NCBI RefSeq assembly: GCF_988242995.1
Contig: NZ_OZ547043.1
Length of the DNA stretch: 64,000 nucleotides
Strand: one strand, 5' to 3'
The notes beneath the pieces were generated by a model. It had not been told where the DNA came from. It searched no databases and saw only the letters and a program-made list of their open reading frames with translations. The position numbers were made by a program, and so were the translations under genes. Positions 1 through 13,727 of this stretch are shown here, piece by piece. Positions within the stretch are counted from its first letter, which is position 1. Every line of letters starts with the position of its first letter.

Positions 1-573
1 CACCAGCACGCCAATTAAAATCGGGATAATTGCCAGGAAACCACGAAACAGCACGGAACCTAAAACCGTAACCGCCAGCGTGGTAATGGAGATGATGATG
101 GTTTTGGAGTCTGGAGTTTGCCCTTCAGCCGGGAGTAAACCTGCCATACCGGCAGCTACGCCCGCCAGCTCCAGACCGATGACGGCAACGATTGCGCCCA
201 TTGCCGCAGGTGGAAACAGCACGTCCAGCCAGCCGGTCCCCGCTTTCTTCACGATAAAAGAAACCAGGCAGAACAGCACGCCGCAGATAATAAAGCCGCC
301 CAGCGCGACTTCATACCCTAACGGCAACAGTAACAATACCGGTGAAATAAAGGCAAAGCTGGAACCAAGATAAGCCGGGATTTTCCCTTTACAGATGAAG
401 AGATACAGCAGCGTTCCTATACCGTTAAATAACAGTACAGTCGCCGGGTTAATATGAAATAAGACGGGCACCAGGACGGTTGCACCAAACATGGCGAACA
501 AATGTTGCAAACTAAGCGGGATTGTCTGTAAAAGTGGCGGTCTTTCACTCACCCCGATAGCACGGCGCGTCAT
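1..573 (-). CDS. uraA: uracil permease UraA, N-terminal ~191 codons (gene continues past window start)
   Basis: Reverse-strand translation from the ATG at ~571-573 reads MTRRAIGVSERPPLLQTIPLSLQHLF and runs open to the window edge (GSVLFRGFLAIIPILIGVLV at nt 1-60); absent from ORF track because truncated; GAGGA RBS upstream. Confidence 0.85.
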   Translation of the reverse strand, partial: MTRRAIGVSERPPLLQTIPLSLQHLFAMFGATVLVPVLFHINPATVLLFNGIGTLLYLFICKGKIPAYLGSSFAFISPVLLLLPLGYEVALGGFIICGVLFCLVSFIVKKAGTGWLDVLFPPAAMGAIVAVIGLELAGVAAGMAGLLPAEGQTPDSKTIIISITTLAVTVLGSVLFRGFLAIIPILIGVLV

Positions 574-613
574 AGTATTATCCTCTGTATTATGTGTTAT
601 AGGCGCTTTACTC

Positions 614-643
614 AAAAAAAAGCCGACTCTTAAAGTCGGCTTT
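614..643 (-). terminator. intrinsic terminator/attenuator hairpin between upp and uraA
   Basis: On the minus strand: stem GCCGACT / AGTCGGC with 5-nt loop followed by a run of 8 T; sits 15 nt after the upp stop codon and before the uraA start. Confidence 0.6.
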
Positions 644-658
644 AATTATTTTTATTCT

Positions 659-1285
659 TTATTTCGTACCAAAGATTTTGTCACCGGCATCGCCGAGGCC
701 CGGAATAATGTATCCGTGCTCGTTCAGTCCCTGGTCAATCGATGCAGTATACAGTTCGACGTCCGGGTGCGCTTTTTCCAGCGCTGCGATACCTTCTGGC
801 GCAGCTACCAGCACCAGAACTTTGATGCTGCTGCAGCCCGCTTTTTTCAGCAGGTCGATGGTCGCGATAACGGAACCACCGGTTGCCAGCATTGGGTCAA
901 CGATCAGCGCCATACGCTCATCGATGTTAGAAACCAGTTTCTGGAAGTACGGTACCGGCTCCAGCGTTTCTTCATTACGGTACATACCGACGACGCTGAT
1001 GCGCGCGCTCGGAACGTTTTCCAGCACACCGTCCATCATCCCCAGACCCGCACGCAGAATTGGCACAACGGTAATTTTCTTACCTTTGATCTGATCGATT
1101 TCTACCGGGCCGTTCCAGCCTTCGATAGTTACTTTTTCCGTTTCGAGGTCGGCGGTCGCTTCGTAAGTCAGCAGGCTACCCACTTCGGAAGCGAGTTCGC
1201 GAAAGCGCTTGGTGCTGATATCTTGCTCACGCATCAGTCCCAGCTTGTGTTTGACGAGTGGGTGTTTGACTTCCACGATCTTCAT
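659..1285 (-). CDS. upp: uracil phosphoribosyltransferase
   Basis: ORF track 659..1312; translation from internal ATG gives [48 protein letters not shown], 208 aa; AAGGAG RBS upstream. Confidence 0.95.
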
Positions 1286-1345
1286 ACTCTTTCTCCTTTG
1301 AGGGGCAGCCACAAAAAAAATCGACGGATTATACCTCCTTTCTTC
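1286..1345 (-). promoter_or_regulatory. upp promoter and initially transcribed region GATTTTTTTTG (UTP-sensitive reiterative transcription site)
   Basis: Minus-strand sequence GATTTTTTTTG ~27-37 nt upstream of the upp ATG, with a TATAAT -10 hexamer just upstream; matches the described upp leader as I recall it. Confidence 0.55.
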
Positions 1346-1531
1346 AAGGCGGCAATATTATTTTCGTTGACTTTAGTCAAAATGATAACGGTTTGAGATA
1401 AAGTTATTTTGTATTCAGATGGTTATGGAAGAAGATTATTCCATCCGAAAACGATCCTTTGCCCTGGTACAAGTATTCTTTCGCCGCGCGCCTGGGGAAA
1501 AGACGTGCAAAAAGGTTGTGTAAAGCAGTCT

Positions 1532-1547
1532 CGCAAACGTTTGCTTT
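1532..1547. promoter_or_regulatory. PurR operator (pur box) in the purMN promoter
   Basis: Palindromic CGCAAACGTTTGC core, a near-perfect match to the pur box consensus ACGCAAACGTTTGCGT, immediately upstream of an extended -10 (TGtTAGAAT) and ~60 nt upstream of purM. Confidence 0.7.
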
Positions 1548-1591
1548 CCCTGTTAGAATTGCGCCGAATTTTATTTTTCTACCGCAAGTAA

Positions 1592-2646
<1,055 letters not shown>

Positions 2647-2647
<1 letters not shown>

Positions 2648-3285
2648 TGAATATTGTGGTGCTTATTTCCGGCAACGGAAGTAATTTGCAGGCAATTATT
2701 GACGCCTGCAAAACCAACAAAATTAAAGGCACCGTACGGGCAGTTTTCAGCAATAAGGCCGACGCGTTCGGCCTTGAACGCGCCCGCCAGGCGGGTATTG
2801 CAACGCATACGCTCATCGCCAGCGCGTTTGACAGTCGTGAAGCCTATGACCGGGAGTTGATTCATGAAATCGACATGTACGCACCCGATGTGGTCGTGCT
2901 GGCTGGTTTTATGCGCATTCTCAGCCCGGCGTTTGTCTCCCACTATGCCGGGCGTTTGCTGAACATTCACCCTTCTCTGCTGCCGAAATATCCCGGATTA
3001 CACACCCATCGTCAGGCGCTGGAAAATGGCGATGAGGAGCACGGTACATCGGTGCATTTCGTCACCGATGAACTGGACGGTGGCCCGGTTATTTTACAGG
3101 CGAAAGTCCCGGTATTTGCTGGTGATACGGAAGATGACATCACCGCCCGCGTGCAAACCCAGGAACACGCTATTTATCCACTGGTGATTAGCTGGTTTGC
3201 CGATGGTCGTCTGAAAATGCACGAAAACGCCGCGTGGCTGGATGGTCAACGTCTGCCGCCGCAGGGCTACGCTGCCGACGAGTAA
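2647..3285 (+). CDS. purN: phosphoribosylglycinamide formyltransferase
   Basis: ORF track; MNIVVLISGNGSNLQAIIDACK, 212 aa; ATG overlaps purM TAA (translational coupling). Confidence 0.95.
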
Positions 3286-3300
3286 TGCCCCCGTAGTTAA

Positions 3301-3329
3301 AGCGCCAGCTCTGCCGCTGGCGTTTTTCA
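3301..3329 (+). terminator. rho-independent terminator after purN
   Basis: GCGCCAGC ...loop... GCTGGCG stem followed by TTTTT, ~16 nt after the purN stop. Confidence 0.6.
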
Positions 3330-3456
3330 ATTCACCTGTAAATCGCAAGCTCCAGCAGTTTTTTTCCCCCTTTTCTGGCATAGTTGGACATCTGCCAATA
3401 TTGCTCGCCATAATATCCAGGCAGTGTCCCGTGAATAAAACGGAGTAAAAGTGGTA

Positions 3457-7069
<3,613 letters not shown>

Positions 7070-7074
7070 TGCTT

Positions 7075-7103
7075 TGCGGGCCGACGAGAAATGTCGGCCC
7101 GCA
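7075..7103. terminator. hairpin between convergent ppx and pdeF
   Basis: GCGGGCCGACA / TGTCGGCCCGC inverted repeat in the 38-nt spacer between the two stop codons; no strong U-tract on either side. Confidence 0.45.
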
Positions 7104-7107
7104 TTAT

Positions 7108-9351
7108 TCAGGCACTTTCGCGAATGGGTTCGATTTCATTCAGCGTATCAATTAACGGTTGCGGCTTACCAATAAGATAACCCTGCATATAATCGATCCC
7201 CAAAGAGAGCACCGCCTCGCGGATCTCTTCGTTTTCAACGTACTCTGCCACTACCCGCATTTTCTTCATTCGCGCCAGGTGGCAAATCGACGCCACTATC
7301 TGATAATCCAGACTATTTGACACAATATTGCGGATAAAACTGCCGTCAATTTTAAGCAAATCGGCATTCACATTTTTAAGCCGCGCATAGCTGGCGTAGC
7401 CGGTGCCGAAATCATCAATCGCAATCTGGCAGCCTAATTCCTGAAGATGCTGCAAGGTGATTTGCGCCTGCTTAACATTGGTCAGAGCATTACTTTCGGT
7501 GACTTCAAAAATAAGTTGCCACGCTTCAATTTGATATTTAGCCAGCAGCTGACTGACTTCAACGGGAAAACGAGCCTGACATACCGAGGTTGGCGACAGA
7601 TTAATGGCAAAACGGTGAGCGGGCATCTTCGCTCTGTTTTCAGCCATAAATTGCAGCGTATGCTCAATGACCCACATGTCGATACTCGACGATAAACCAA
7701 ATTCGTGCGCGACCGGCAAGAAGCTGTCGGGGCTGATCAGTTCATCATTCTCACCTTTCATACGCAGAAGAATTTCATGGTAGACATCGCCACGCATACC
7801 GGTAATCGGCTGGGCCATCAGGAAAAAATGGTTGTGTTCCAGTGCCTGCTGTAGCCGATTCATCATCGCGACTTTATCTTTCAATTCGCGTTGCAAATAC
7901 ATTGCCCCGCGACGCTGCATATTTTCCGGGGCGTTGGTCACGATGGAAAGCTCGGCGACCGTATTTAGCTCTCCCAGCAGTAAGTAGATATGATTCACTG
8001 GCGAGCGCACATAGCAGTAACTGACGCCAATCTGCGGTTGCATCGGCATTCCATCCCAAAAGAAACGAAATTGCTTGAGATGGCTATCCAGTGCGGTAAT
8101 GCGCTCCTGGTGCGATTCTGTATTCAGTCGCAGCGCGAGATCGTTACCCGAAAGCTGATAAACATCCTCACCCGGTTCCAGCAATGGTGACAGCCAGTGA
8201 GAAAGTTTTTGCTTGTATTGAATCCGCAGCATGATGCCATAGTTCTTAACCAGCATTTCCATGCCAGGGATGCGTAAATAACAAAGCGCAGACCAGGGGG
8301 CATCACGCAACGCGCGATTCAGGGCGCGAACATTTGGCAGATGAACTACCGGGTCCACATACGCAAGCCGCTGAATGCGTCTGACAACCGCTCTCTGACG
8401 GGTTGCCAGTACAGCCATATAATTGACAATAAAAGAGAATACCAGATAACTGGAGGAGGTTATGGTCAGCTGCGTGGTATAGCCAGGATAAATGGGAATG
8501 TAATTTTGATAGCTGTGGATGCTGATCATCAACACGACCGCCCAGAGCAGCGAAATCAGCTTATAACCATAGCGCATCGCTCCCCACATCATCAGGGGCA
8601 GCAATAATGACAAGGTATAGTTGGTGCTAAAAATTGTGCTTTTTTCATTTAACGGCATGCATAACAGCAGCAGTAAAGCACCTAATGCCAGTAGCCAGAG
8701 TGCGAACTCTTTTTTGGTGACTTTGACATCAACCTGCTGTTTTAATTGCGAATAATAACTACGTAAATAAAACGGATTTCGCACTACACGAATGATGAAG
8801 TAGCACAGCGGGACACCAATCAGATTGCCCACCAGTAAGGCCTGATAATTGATTAAGGTCCCGAGGTTAAAAGGCATGACGCCGACCAGATTTTCTCTGC
8901 TCGCCAGTAATCCTACAAACGCAGCAAACTGGAAAAGTATCAGAAACAGCGTTGCAGGAAACACAATCTGCCAGAATATACGCTGGGAAATTAAACGGGT
9001 ATCACCATGTGAAACGTTGTTACGCCGGGGAGTAAAGACCCTGTAACCGCCCCAACAGAGAATGATAATGATAATAAAATTAGCCGTTAATGAGAGCGTT
9101 TCGTAAAAACCCAGCTCTGCATATTTGCGGACAAAAATCCCTAAGGCGATCCCTGGCAATGCCGCCCAGCTGAAAAACATCATCATGCTGATCATCAGAG
9201 CCAGAGGCAGATAAAAGAGAAAAACCTCACCGGAAGAAATATGCGCGAAAGTATTAATGTGGGCGAAAATGGGCAAGATTAAAGAAGGCAGGAACAGCGG
9301 AAGCCCCCACCATTTATCACGTATTTTTATATAAGTTGCATTCAGTTTCAT
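7108..9351 (-). CDS. pdeF: cyclic-di-GMP phosphodiesterase PdeF (YfgF): MASE1 membrane domain, degenerate GGDEF, EAL domain
   Basis: ORF track; 747 aa; N-terminal half is multi-pass hydrophobic, C-terminal half carries an EAL-type domain (EIL variant motif in ...DVYHEILLRMKGEN...); no intact GGDEF motif seen. Confidence 0.9.
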   Translation of the reverse strand: MKLNATYIKIRDKWWGLPLFLPSLILPIFAHINTFAHISSGEVFLFYLPLALMISMMMFFSWAALPGIALGIFVRKYAELGFYETLSLTANFIIIIILCWGGYRVFTPRRNNVSHGDTRLISQRIFWQIVFPATLFLILFQFAAFVGLLASRENLVGVMPFNLGTLINYQALLVGNLIGVPLCYFIIRVVRNPFYLRSYYSQLKQQVDVKVTKKEFALWLLALGALLLLLCMPLNEKSTIFSTNYTLSLLLPLMMWGAMRYGYKLISLLWAVVLMISIHSYQNYIPIYPGYTTQLTITSSSYLVFSFIVNYMAVLATRQRAVVRRIQRLAYVDPVVHLPNVRALNRALRDAPWSALCYLRIPGMEMLVKNYGIMLRIQYKQKLSHWLSPLLEPGEDVYQLSGNDLALRLNTESHQERITALDSHLKQFRFFWDGMPMQPQIGVSYCYVRSPVNHIYLLLGELNTVAELSIVTNAPENMQRRGAMYLQRELKDKVAMMNRLQQALEHNHFFLMAQPITGMRGDVYHEILLRMKGENDELISPDSFLPVAHEFGLSSSIDMWVIEHTLQFMAENRAKMPAHRFAINLSPTSVCQARFPVEVSQLLAKYQIEAWQLIFEVTESNALTNVKQAQITLQHLQELGCQIAIDDFGTGYASYARLKNVNADLLKIDGSFIRNIVSNSLDYQIVASICHLARMKKMRVVAEYVENEEIREAVLSLGIDYMQGYLIGKPQPLIDTLNEIEPIRESA

Positions 9352-9702
9352 AGATGCTCAGCAGAATCCCCCACATCCTGAAGGAGGTGTATTCAGACAG
9401 GCATCCCACCTGACTTCGAATGATGATTATTCATCACTATAGAGAGCATTGATTCTAAGTGTCATATGAAAGTTCCAATTGATATATATCAAACAAAATA
9501 ACCCTGATTAATGAATTATTACGTTTATCATGTTAATTCATCATTATTACATCATCATTGTAAATAATTAAATTAACTTCCATAACATTAAAATATGTAT
9601 CCACTGACGCTTTTTTACATAACGAAGAATTGACCATTTTGTCCTGTTGTGCCTTAATGTAAGTACCGTCCACAGCGTGGGACATACTTCAAGGAACCTT
9701 TT

Positions 9703-9894
9703 GTGAGTCAGGCAACCAGTATGCGAAAACGACACCGATTTAACAGTCGCATGACCCGTATCGTACTGCTCATCAGCTTTATCTTCTTCTTTGGCCGTTT
9801 TATCTACTCGTCCGTCGGTGCATGGCAGCACCATCAGAGCAAAAAAGAAGCTCAGCAATCCACACTCTCCGTCGAATCACCGGTACAACGTTAG
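9703..9894 (+). CDS. yfgG: small membrane protein YfgG (63 aa)
   Basis: ORF track; GTG start with AAGGAA RBS; MSQATSMRKRHRFNSRMTRIVLLISFIFFFGRFIY has one hydrophobic segment; matches K-12 YfgG as recalled. Confidence 0.7.
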   Translation: MSQATSMRKRHRFNSRMTRIVLLISFIFFFGRFIYSSVGAWQHHQSKKEAQQSTLSVESPVQR

Positions 9895-10204
9895 CGGTTA
9901 CCTTCTCCACTTTCACAGAACATAACGGCACCTCGCTGTCGGATGCTTTTGCTCTTTGGGATTATCAAAGCGGCAGATATTCTTTCATCTTAAATTTTAC
10001 GTCTTTGTCCTGACTGATGTTTATCCTGTTTGGCTGCGAAATAAATATAAAATTAATACATATGTTTTAATGATGTATTTTTATAAATTATTTCCCACAT
10101 GAATTTTAATAAATTTAATCTATTCCTTTATACGCAATACATTTACTTTCCTCTTTTGATGATCTTAAATATCTTATTTTTCGTAATGTGTATAACAAGG
10201 AATA

Positions 10205-10723
10205 GTGATGAAATTTAAAAAATGTCTTCTGCCTGTGGCAATGTTAGCGTCATTCACTCTGGCAGGATGCCAGTCAAATGCTGATGATCATGCCGCCGAT
10301 GTTTATCAAACCGATCAACTGAATACCAAACAAGAAACTAAAACCGTTAATATTATTTCCATTCTTCCCGCAAAAGTTGCCGTAGACAACTCCCAAAATA
10401 AACGAAACGCACAAGCCTTCGGCGCGCTTATTGGTGCAGTCGCTGGCGGTGTAATCGGCCACAACGTGGGGTCTGGCAGCAATTCCGGAACGACGGCAGG
10501 TGCAGTTGGCGGCGGAGCTGTTGGCGCGGCAGCAGGTTCTATGGTGAATGATAAAACCTTAGTGGAAGGTGTTTCTCTAACGTATAAGGAAGGCACCAAA
10601 GTGTATACCTCCACCCAGGTGGGTAAAGAGTGCCAGTTTACGACAGGTTTAGCCGTTGTTATTACCACGACGTATAACGAAACGCGTATTCAGCCAAATA
10701 CCAAATGTCCTGAAAAGAGCTAA
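10205..10723 (+). CDS. yfgH: outer-membrane lipoprotein YfgH (glycine-zipper family)
   Basis: ORF track; lipobox LAGC after signal peptide; Gly-rich segment GALIGAVAGGVIGHNVGSGSNSGTTAGAVGGGAVGAAAGS. Confidence 0.85.
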   Translation: MMKFKKCLLPVAMLASFTLAGCQSNADDHAADVYQTDQLNTKQETKTVNIISILPAKVAVDNSQNKRNAQAFGALIGAVAGGVIGHNVGSGSNSGTTAGAVGGGAVGAAAGSMVNDKTLVEGVSLTYKEGTKVYTSTQVGKECQFTTGLAVVITTTYNETRIQPNTKCPEKS

Positions 10724-10738
10724 TAATCAGGAGGAGTC

Positions 10739-11278
10739 ATGAAGAAAGTTTTTCTTTGCGCCATCTTAGCCTCCTTAAGCTATCCGGCTATCGCCTCATC
10801 ATTGCAGGATCAACTCTCTGCTGTCGCAGAAGCGGAACAGCAAGGTAAAAATGAAGAGCAAAGGCAGCATGACGAATGGGTCGCGGAGCGCAACAGGGAA
10901 ATCCAGCAAGAGAAGCAACGTCGCGCAAATGCCCAGGCCGCCGCTAATAAAAGAGCGGCAACGGCAGCGGCAAATAAGAAAGCTCGTCAGGATAAACTGG
11001 ACGCCGAAGCCACTGCGGACAAAAAACGCGATCAAAGTTATGAAGATGAGCTACGCAGCTTAGAGATTCAGAAACAAAAACTGGCGCTGGCGAAAGAAGA
11101 AACCCGCGTTAAGCGCGAAAACGAATTTATCGATCAGGAACTGAAGCACAAAGCTGCGCAAACCGATGCGGTGCAATCTGAAGCTGACGCCAACAGAAAT
11201 ATGACTGAAGGCGGTCGCGATCTGATGAAAAGCGTGGGCAAAGCAGAAGAGAACAAATCGGACAGCTGGTTTAATTAA
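10739..11278 (+). CDS. yfgI: secreted coiled-coil protein YfgI
   Basis: ORF track; signal peptide MKKVFLCAILASLSYPAIASS then charged Q/E/K/R-rich sequence; 179 aa. Confidence 0.85.
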   Translation: MKKVFLCAILASLSYPAIASSLQDQLSAVAEAEQQGKNEEQRQHDEWVAERNREIQQEKQRRANAQAAANKRAATAAANKKARQDKLDAEATADKKRDQSYEDELRSLEIQKQKLALAKEETRVKRENEFIDQELKHKAAQTDAVQSEADANRNMTEGGRDLMKSVGKAEENKSDSWFN

Positions 11279-11314
11279 TCGATGTTAGTAACTTCAAGCC
11301 TATGATTCTTGAAG

Positions 11315-12022
11315 ATAATAAATATCCTCCGGCATAGCCGGAGGTTTTTCAAATGCGCCTGTAAGGCTCTGTTACCAGCCGCGCCCTAACAGGCGCATAC
11401 GATCTGACATTTGCATTCAACTTCGTTACTTACGGCCCGTAAACGGGCTGCCCGGATATGGAATCGATAACTGCTCCCCCATTTTATCCTCTTCAAGCTG
11501 GTGCTTTATGTAGTCACGTATCTTCGCCGTGTTCTTACCCACCGTATCGACATAGTACCCTCGGCACCAGAACTCCCTGTTTCTGTATTTGAATTTCAAA
11601 TCCCCAAACTGCTCGTAAAGCATCAGACTGCTTTTCCCTTTCAGATATCCCATAAAGCCGGATACGCTCATTTTGGGTGGGATTTCCACAAGCATATGGA
11701 TATGATCTGCGCAGCACTCTGCTTCCAGAATCCGTACGCTTTTCCACTCACACAGCTTTCTCAAAATACTGCCTATCGCCCTACGCTTCTCTCCGTAAAA
11801 CGCCAGTCTTCGGTATTTCGGCGCAAAAACTATGTGATATTTACAGTTCCAGCGGGTGTGCGCTAAGCTCTTTTCGTCCCCCATTGGGACCCCCTTTTGA
11901 TTTCTTGTTTGACACTTGCAGTTGCCAGACCGCAAGGTGTTTTAACAAATCAAAAGGGGTTTTAATAACTGGCTCAAAGCTGAAAGCTTTCCGGAACCCC
12001 CAGCCTAGCTGGGGGTTTTCTG
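11315..12022 (-). mobile_element. IS200-family insertion sequence (IS200/IS605 family, ~0.7 kb), boundaries approximate
   Basis: Contains a single Y1 (HUH) transposase gene; on the transposase sense strand the left end has a GC-rich hairpin (ACCCCCAGCTAGGCTGGGGGT) and a long stem-loop pairing CCCCTTTTGATT with AATCAAAAGGGG that sequesters the RBS just before the ATG; the other end has the CCTCCGGC/GCCGGAGG hairpin; size ~707 bp as expected for IS200. Confidence 0.7.
11426..11884 (-). CDS. tnpA: IS200 transposase TnpA (Y1 HUH tyrosine transposase)
   Basis: ORF track 11426..11935; MGDEKSLAHTRWNCKYHIVFAPKYRR...HIHMLVEIPP...; 152 aa from the internal ATG; HUH motif HIH and the catalytic Y region are present. 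Confidence 0.85.
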   Translation of the reverse strand: MGDEKSLAHTRWNCKYHIVFAPKYRRLAFYGEKRRAIGSILRKLCEWKSVRILEAECCADHIHMLVEIPPKMSVSGFMGYLKGKSSLMLYEQFGDLKFKYRNREFWCRGYYVDTVGKNTAKIRDYIKHQLEEDKMGEQLSIPYPGSPFTGRK

Positions 12023-12027
12023 TGCAC

Positions 12028-12057
12028 AAAAAACCCTCTGTAGTAACAGAGGGTTTT
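12028..12057. terminator. bidirectional intrinsic terminator downstream of guaA
   Basis: AAAAAACCCTCTG tagtaa CAGAGGGTTTT: perfect 8-bp stem flanked by an A-run and a T-run, 25 nt after the guaA stop; IS200 abuts it. Confidence 0.7.
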
Positions 12058-12081
12058 GTTCATTCATAGTGCAGGGTCAAA

Positions 12082-13659
12082 TCATTCCCACTCAATGGTA
12101 GCTGGCGGCTTGCCGCTGATGTCATACACCACGCGGGAAATACCGTTCACTTCATTGATAATGCGGTTGGAAACGCGACCGAGGAAGTCATACGGCAGGT
12201 GCGCCCAGTGTGCGGTCATAAAGTCGATGGTTTCGACAGCACGCAGAGAAACAACCCAGTCATACTTACGACCATCGCCCATTACGCCAACGGAACGTAC
12301 CGGCAGGAAGACGGTGAATGCCTGGCTGACTTTGTCGTACAGGTCCGCTTTACGCAGTTCTTCAATGAAGATGGCGTCAGCACGGCGCAGCAGGTCACAA
12401 TACTCTTTCTTCACTTCACCCAGAACACGAACGCCAAGGCCTGGTCCCGGGAACGGGTGACGGTACAGCATGTCGTACGGCAGGCCCAGCTCCAGACCAA
12501 TCTTACGCACTTCGTCTTTGAACAGCTCTTTCAGCGGTTCAACCAGGCCCATCTTCATCTCTTTCGGCAGGCCGCCCACGTTGTGGTGAGATTTGATGAC
12601 GTGTGCTTTACCGGTTGCAGACGCCGCAGATTCGATAACGTCAGGGTAGATAGTACCCTGCGCCAGCCACTTCACGTCTTCCAGTTTCAGCGCTTCTTCA
12701 TCGAATACTTCAACGAAAACGCGCCCGATGATTTTACGTTTTGCTTCCGGATCGTTTTCGCCAGCCAGCGCTGACAGGAAGCGATCTTCTGCCGGAACGT
12801 GAACAATGTTCAGACCAAAGTGATCGCCAAACATATCCAGAACCTGCTCTGCTTCGTTGAGACGCAGCAGGCCGTTGTCGACGAATACGCAAGTCAGGTT
12901 TTTACCGATAGCGCGGTGCAGCAGCATTGCGGTTACGGAGGAATCCACACCACCAGAGAGGCCGAGGATGACTTTATCGTCGCCTACCTGCTCGCGGATG
13001 CGAGCTACAGCATCGTCGATAATTTTCGCTGGCGTCCACAGGGCTTCACACTGGCAGATATCACGCACAAAACGCTCCAGCATGCGCATACCCTGGCGGG
13101 TGTGAGTCACTTCCGGATGGAACTGTACACCATAGAAGCGTTTTTCTTCGTTAGCCATAATGGCAAACGGGCAGCTTTCGGTGCTGGCTACGGTGACGAA
13201 GTCGGACGGGATAGCGGTAACTTTATCGCCGTGGCTCATCCAGACATCGAGCAGCGGTTTACCGTCTGCGGTCAGAGCATCTTCGATACCGCGAACCAGT
13301 GCGCTGTCGTTTACGACTTCAACCTGCGCGTAGCCAAATTCACGTTCGTTAGAGGCTTCAACGTGACCGCCCAACTGCATCGCCATGGTCTGCATGCCAT
13401 AGCAAACGCCGAATACCGGTACGCCTGCTTCAAAAACATACTGCGGCGCACGCGGGCTGTTTTCTTCAGTGGTACTTTCCGGGCCGCCGGAAAGAATAAT
13501 GCCGCTTGGGTTGAAGTCACGAATTTGTGCTTCTGTCACATCCCACGCCCACAGTTCGCAGTAAACACCCAGCTCACGCACGCGGCGCGCAACCAGTTGA
13601 GTGTACTGAGAACCGAAGTCCAGAATGAGGATGCGATGCTTATGAATGTTTTCCGTCAT
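12082..13659 (-). CDS. guaA: GMP synthase (glutamine-hydrolysing)
   Basis: ORF track; [26 protein letters not shown], 525 aa, ends ...PPATIEWE. Confidence 0.96.
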   Translation of the reverse strand: MTENIHKHRILILDFGSQYTQLVARRVRELGVYCELWAWDVTEAQIRDFNPSGIILSGGPESTTEENSPRAPQYVFEAGVPVFGVCYGMQTMAMQLGGHVEASNEREFGYAQVEVVNDSALVRGIEDALTADGKPLLDVWMSHGDKVTAIPSDFVTVASTESCPFAIMANEEKRFYGVQFHPEVTHTRQGMRMLERFVRDICQCEALWTPAKIIDDAVARIREQVGDDKVILGLSGGVDSSVTAMLLHRAIGKNLTCVFVDNGLLRLNEAEQVLDMFGDHFGLNIVHVPAEDRFLSALAGENDPEAKRKIIGRVFVEVFDEEALKLEDVKWLAQGTIYPDVIESAASATGKAHVIKSHHNVGGLPKEMKMGLVEPLKELFKDEVRKIGLELGLPYDMLYRHPFPGPGLGVRVLGEVKKEYCDLLRRADAIFIEELRKADLYDKVSQAFTVFLPVRSVGVMGDGRKYDWVVSLRAVETIDFMTAHWAHLPYDFLGRVSNRIINEVNGISRVVYDISGKPPATIEWE

Positions 13660-13727
13660 TGACGCTTATTCCGAGGCAAGTGAAACAGATAATATAAATC
13701 GCCCGACATGAAGTCGGGCGAAGAGAA

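Noticed and set aside
491..1396. 301-aa plus-strand ORF overlapping upp
   Set aside because: Lies antisense to the well-supported upp gene across its whole length, has no recognisable domain features and a composition typical of an antisense frame; treated as a spurious shadow ORF
11885..11935. 17-codon N-terminal extension of the IS200 transposase ORF
   Set aside because: The extension runs through the RBS-sequestering stem-loop; the conserved protein begins MGDEKSLAHTRW at the internal ATG
12199..13662. Two long plus-strand ORFs (191 aa and 287 aa) inside guaA
   Set aside because: Antisense shadow ORFs of guaA, whose 525-aa product is unambiguous; no independent RBS or domain signal
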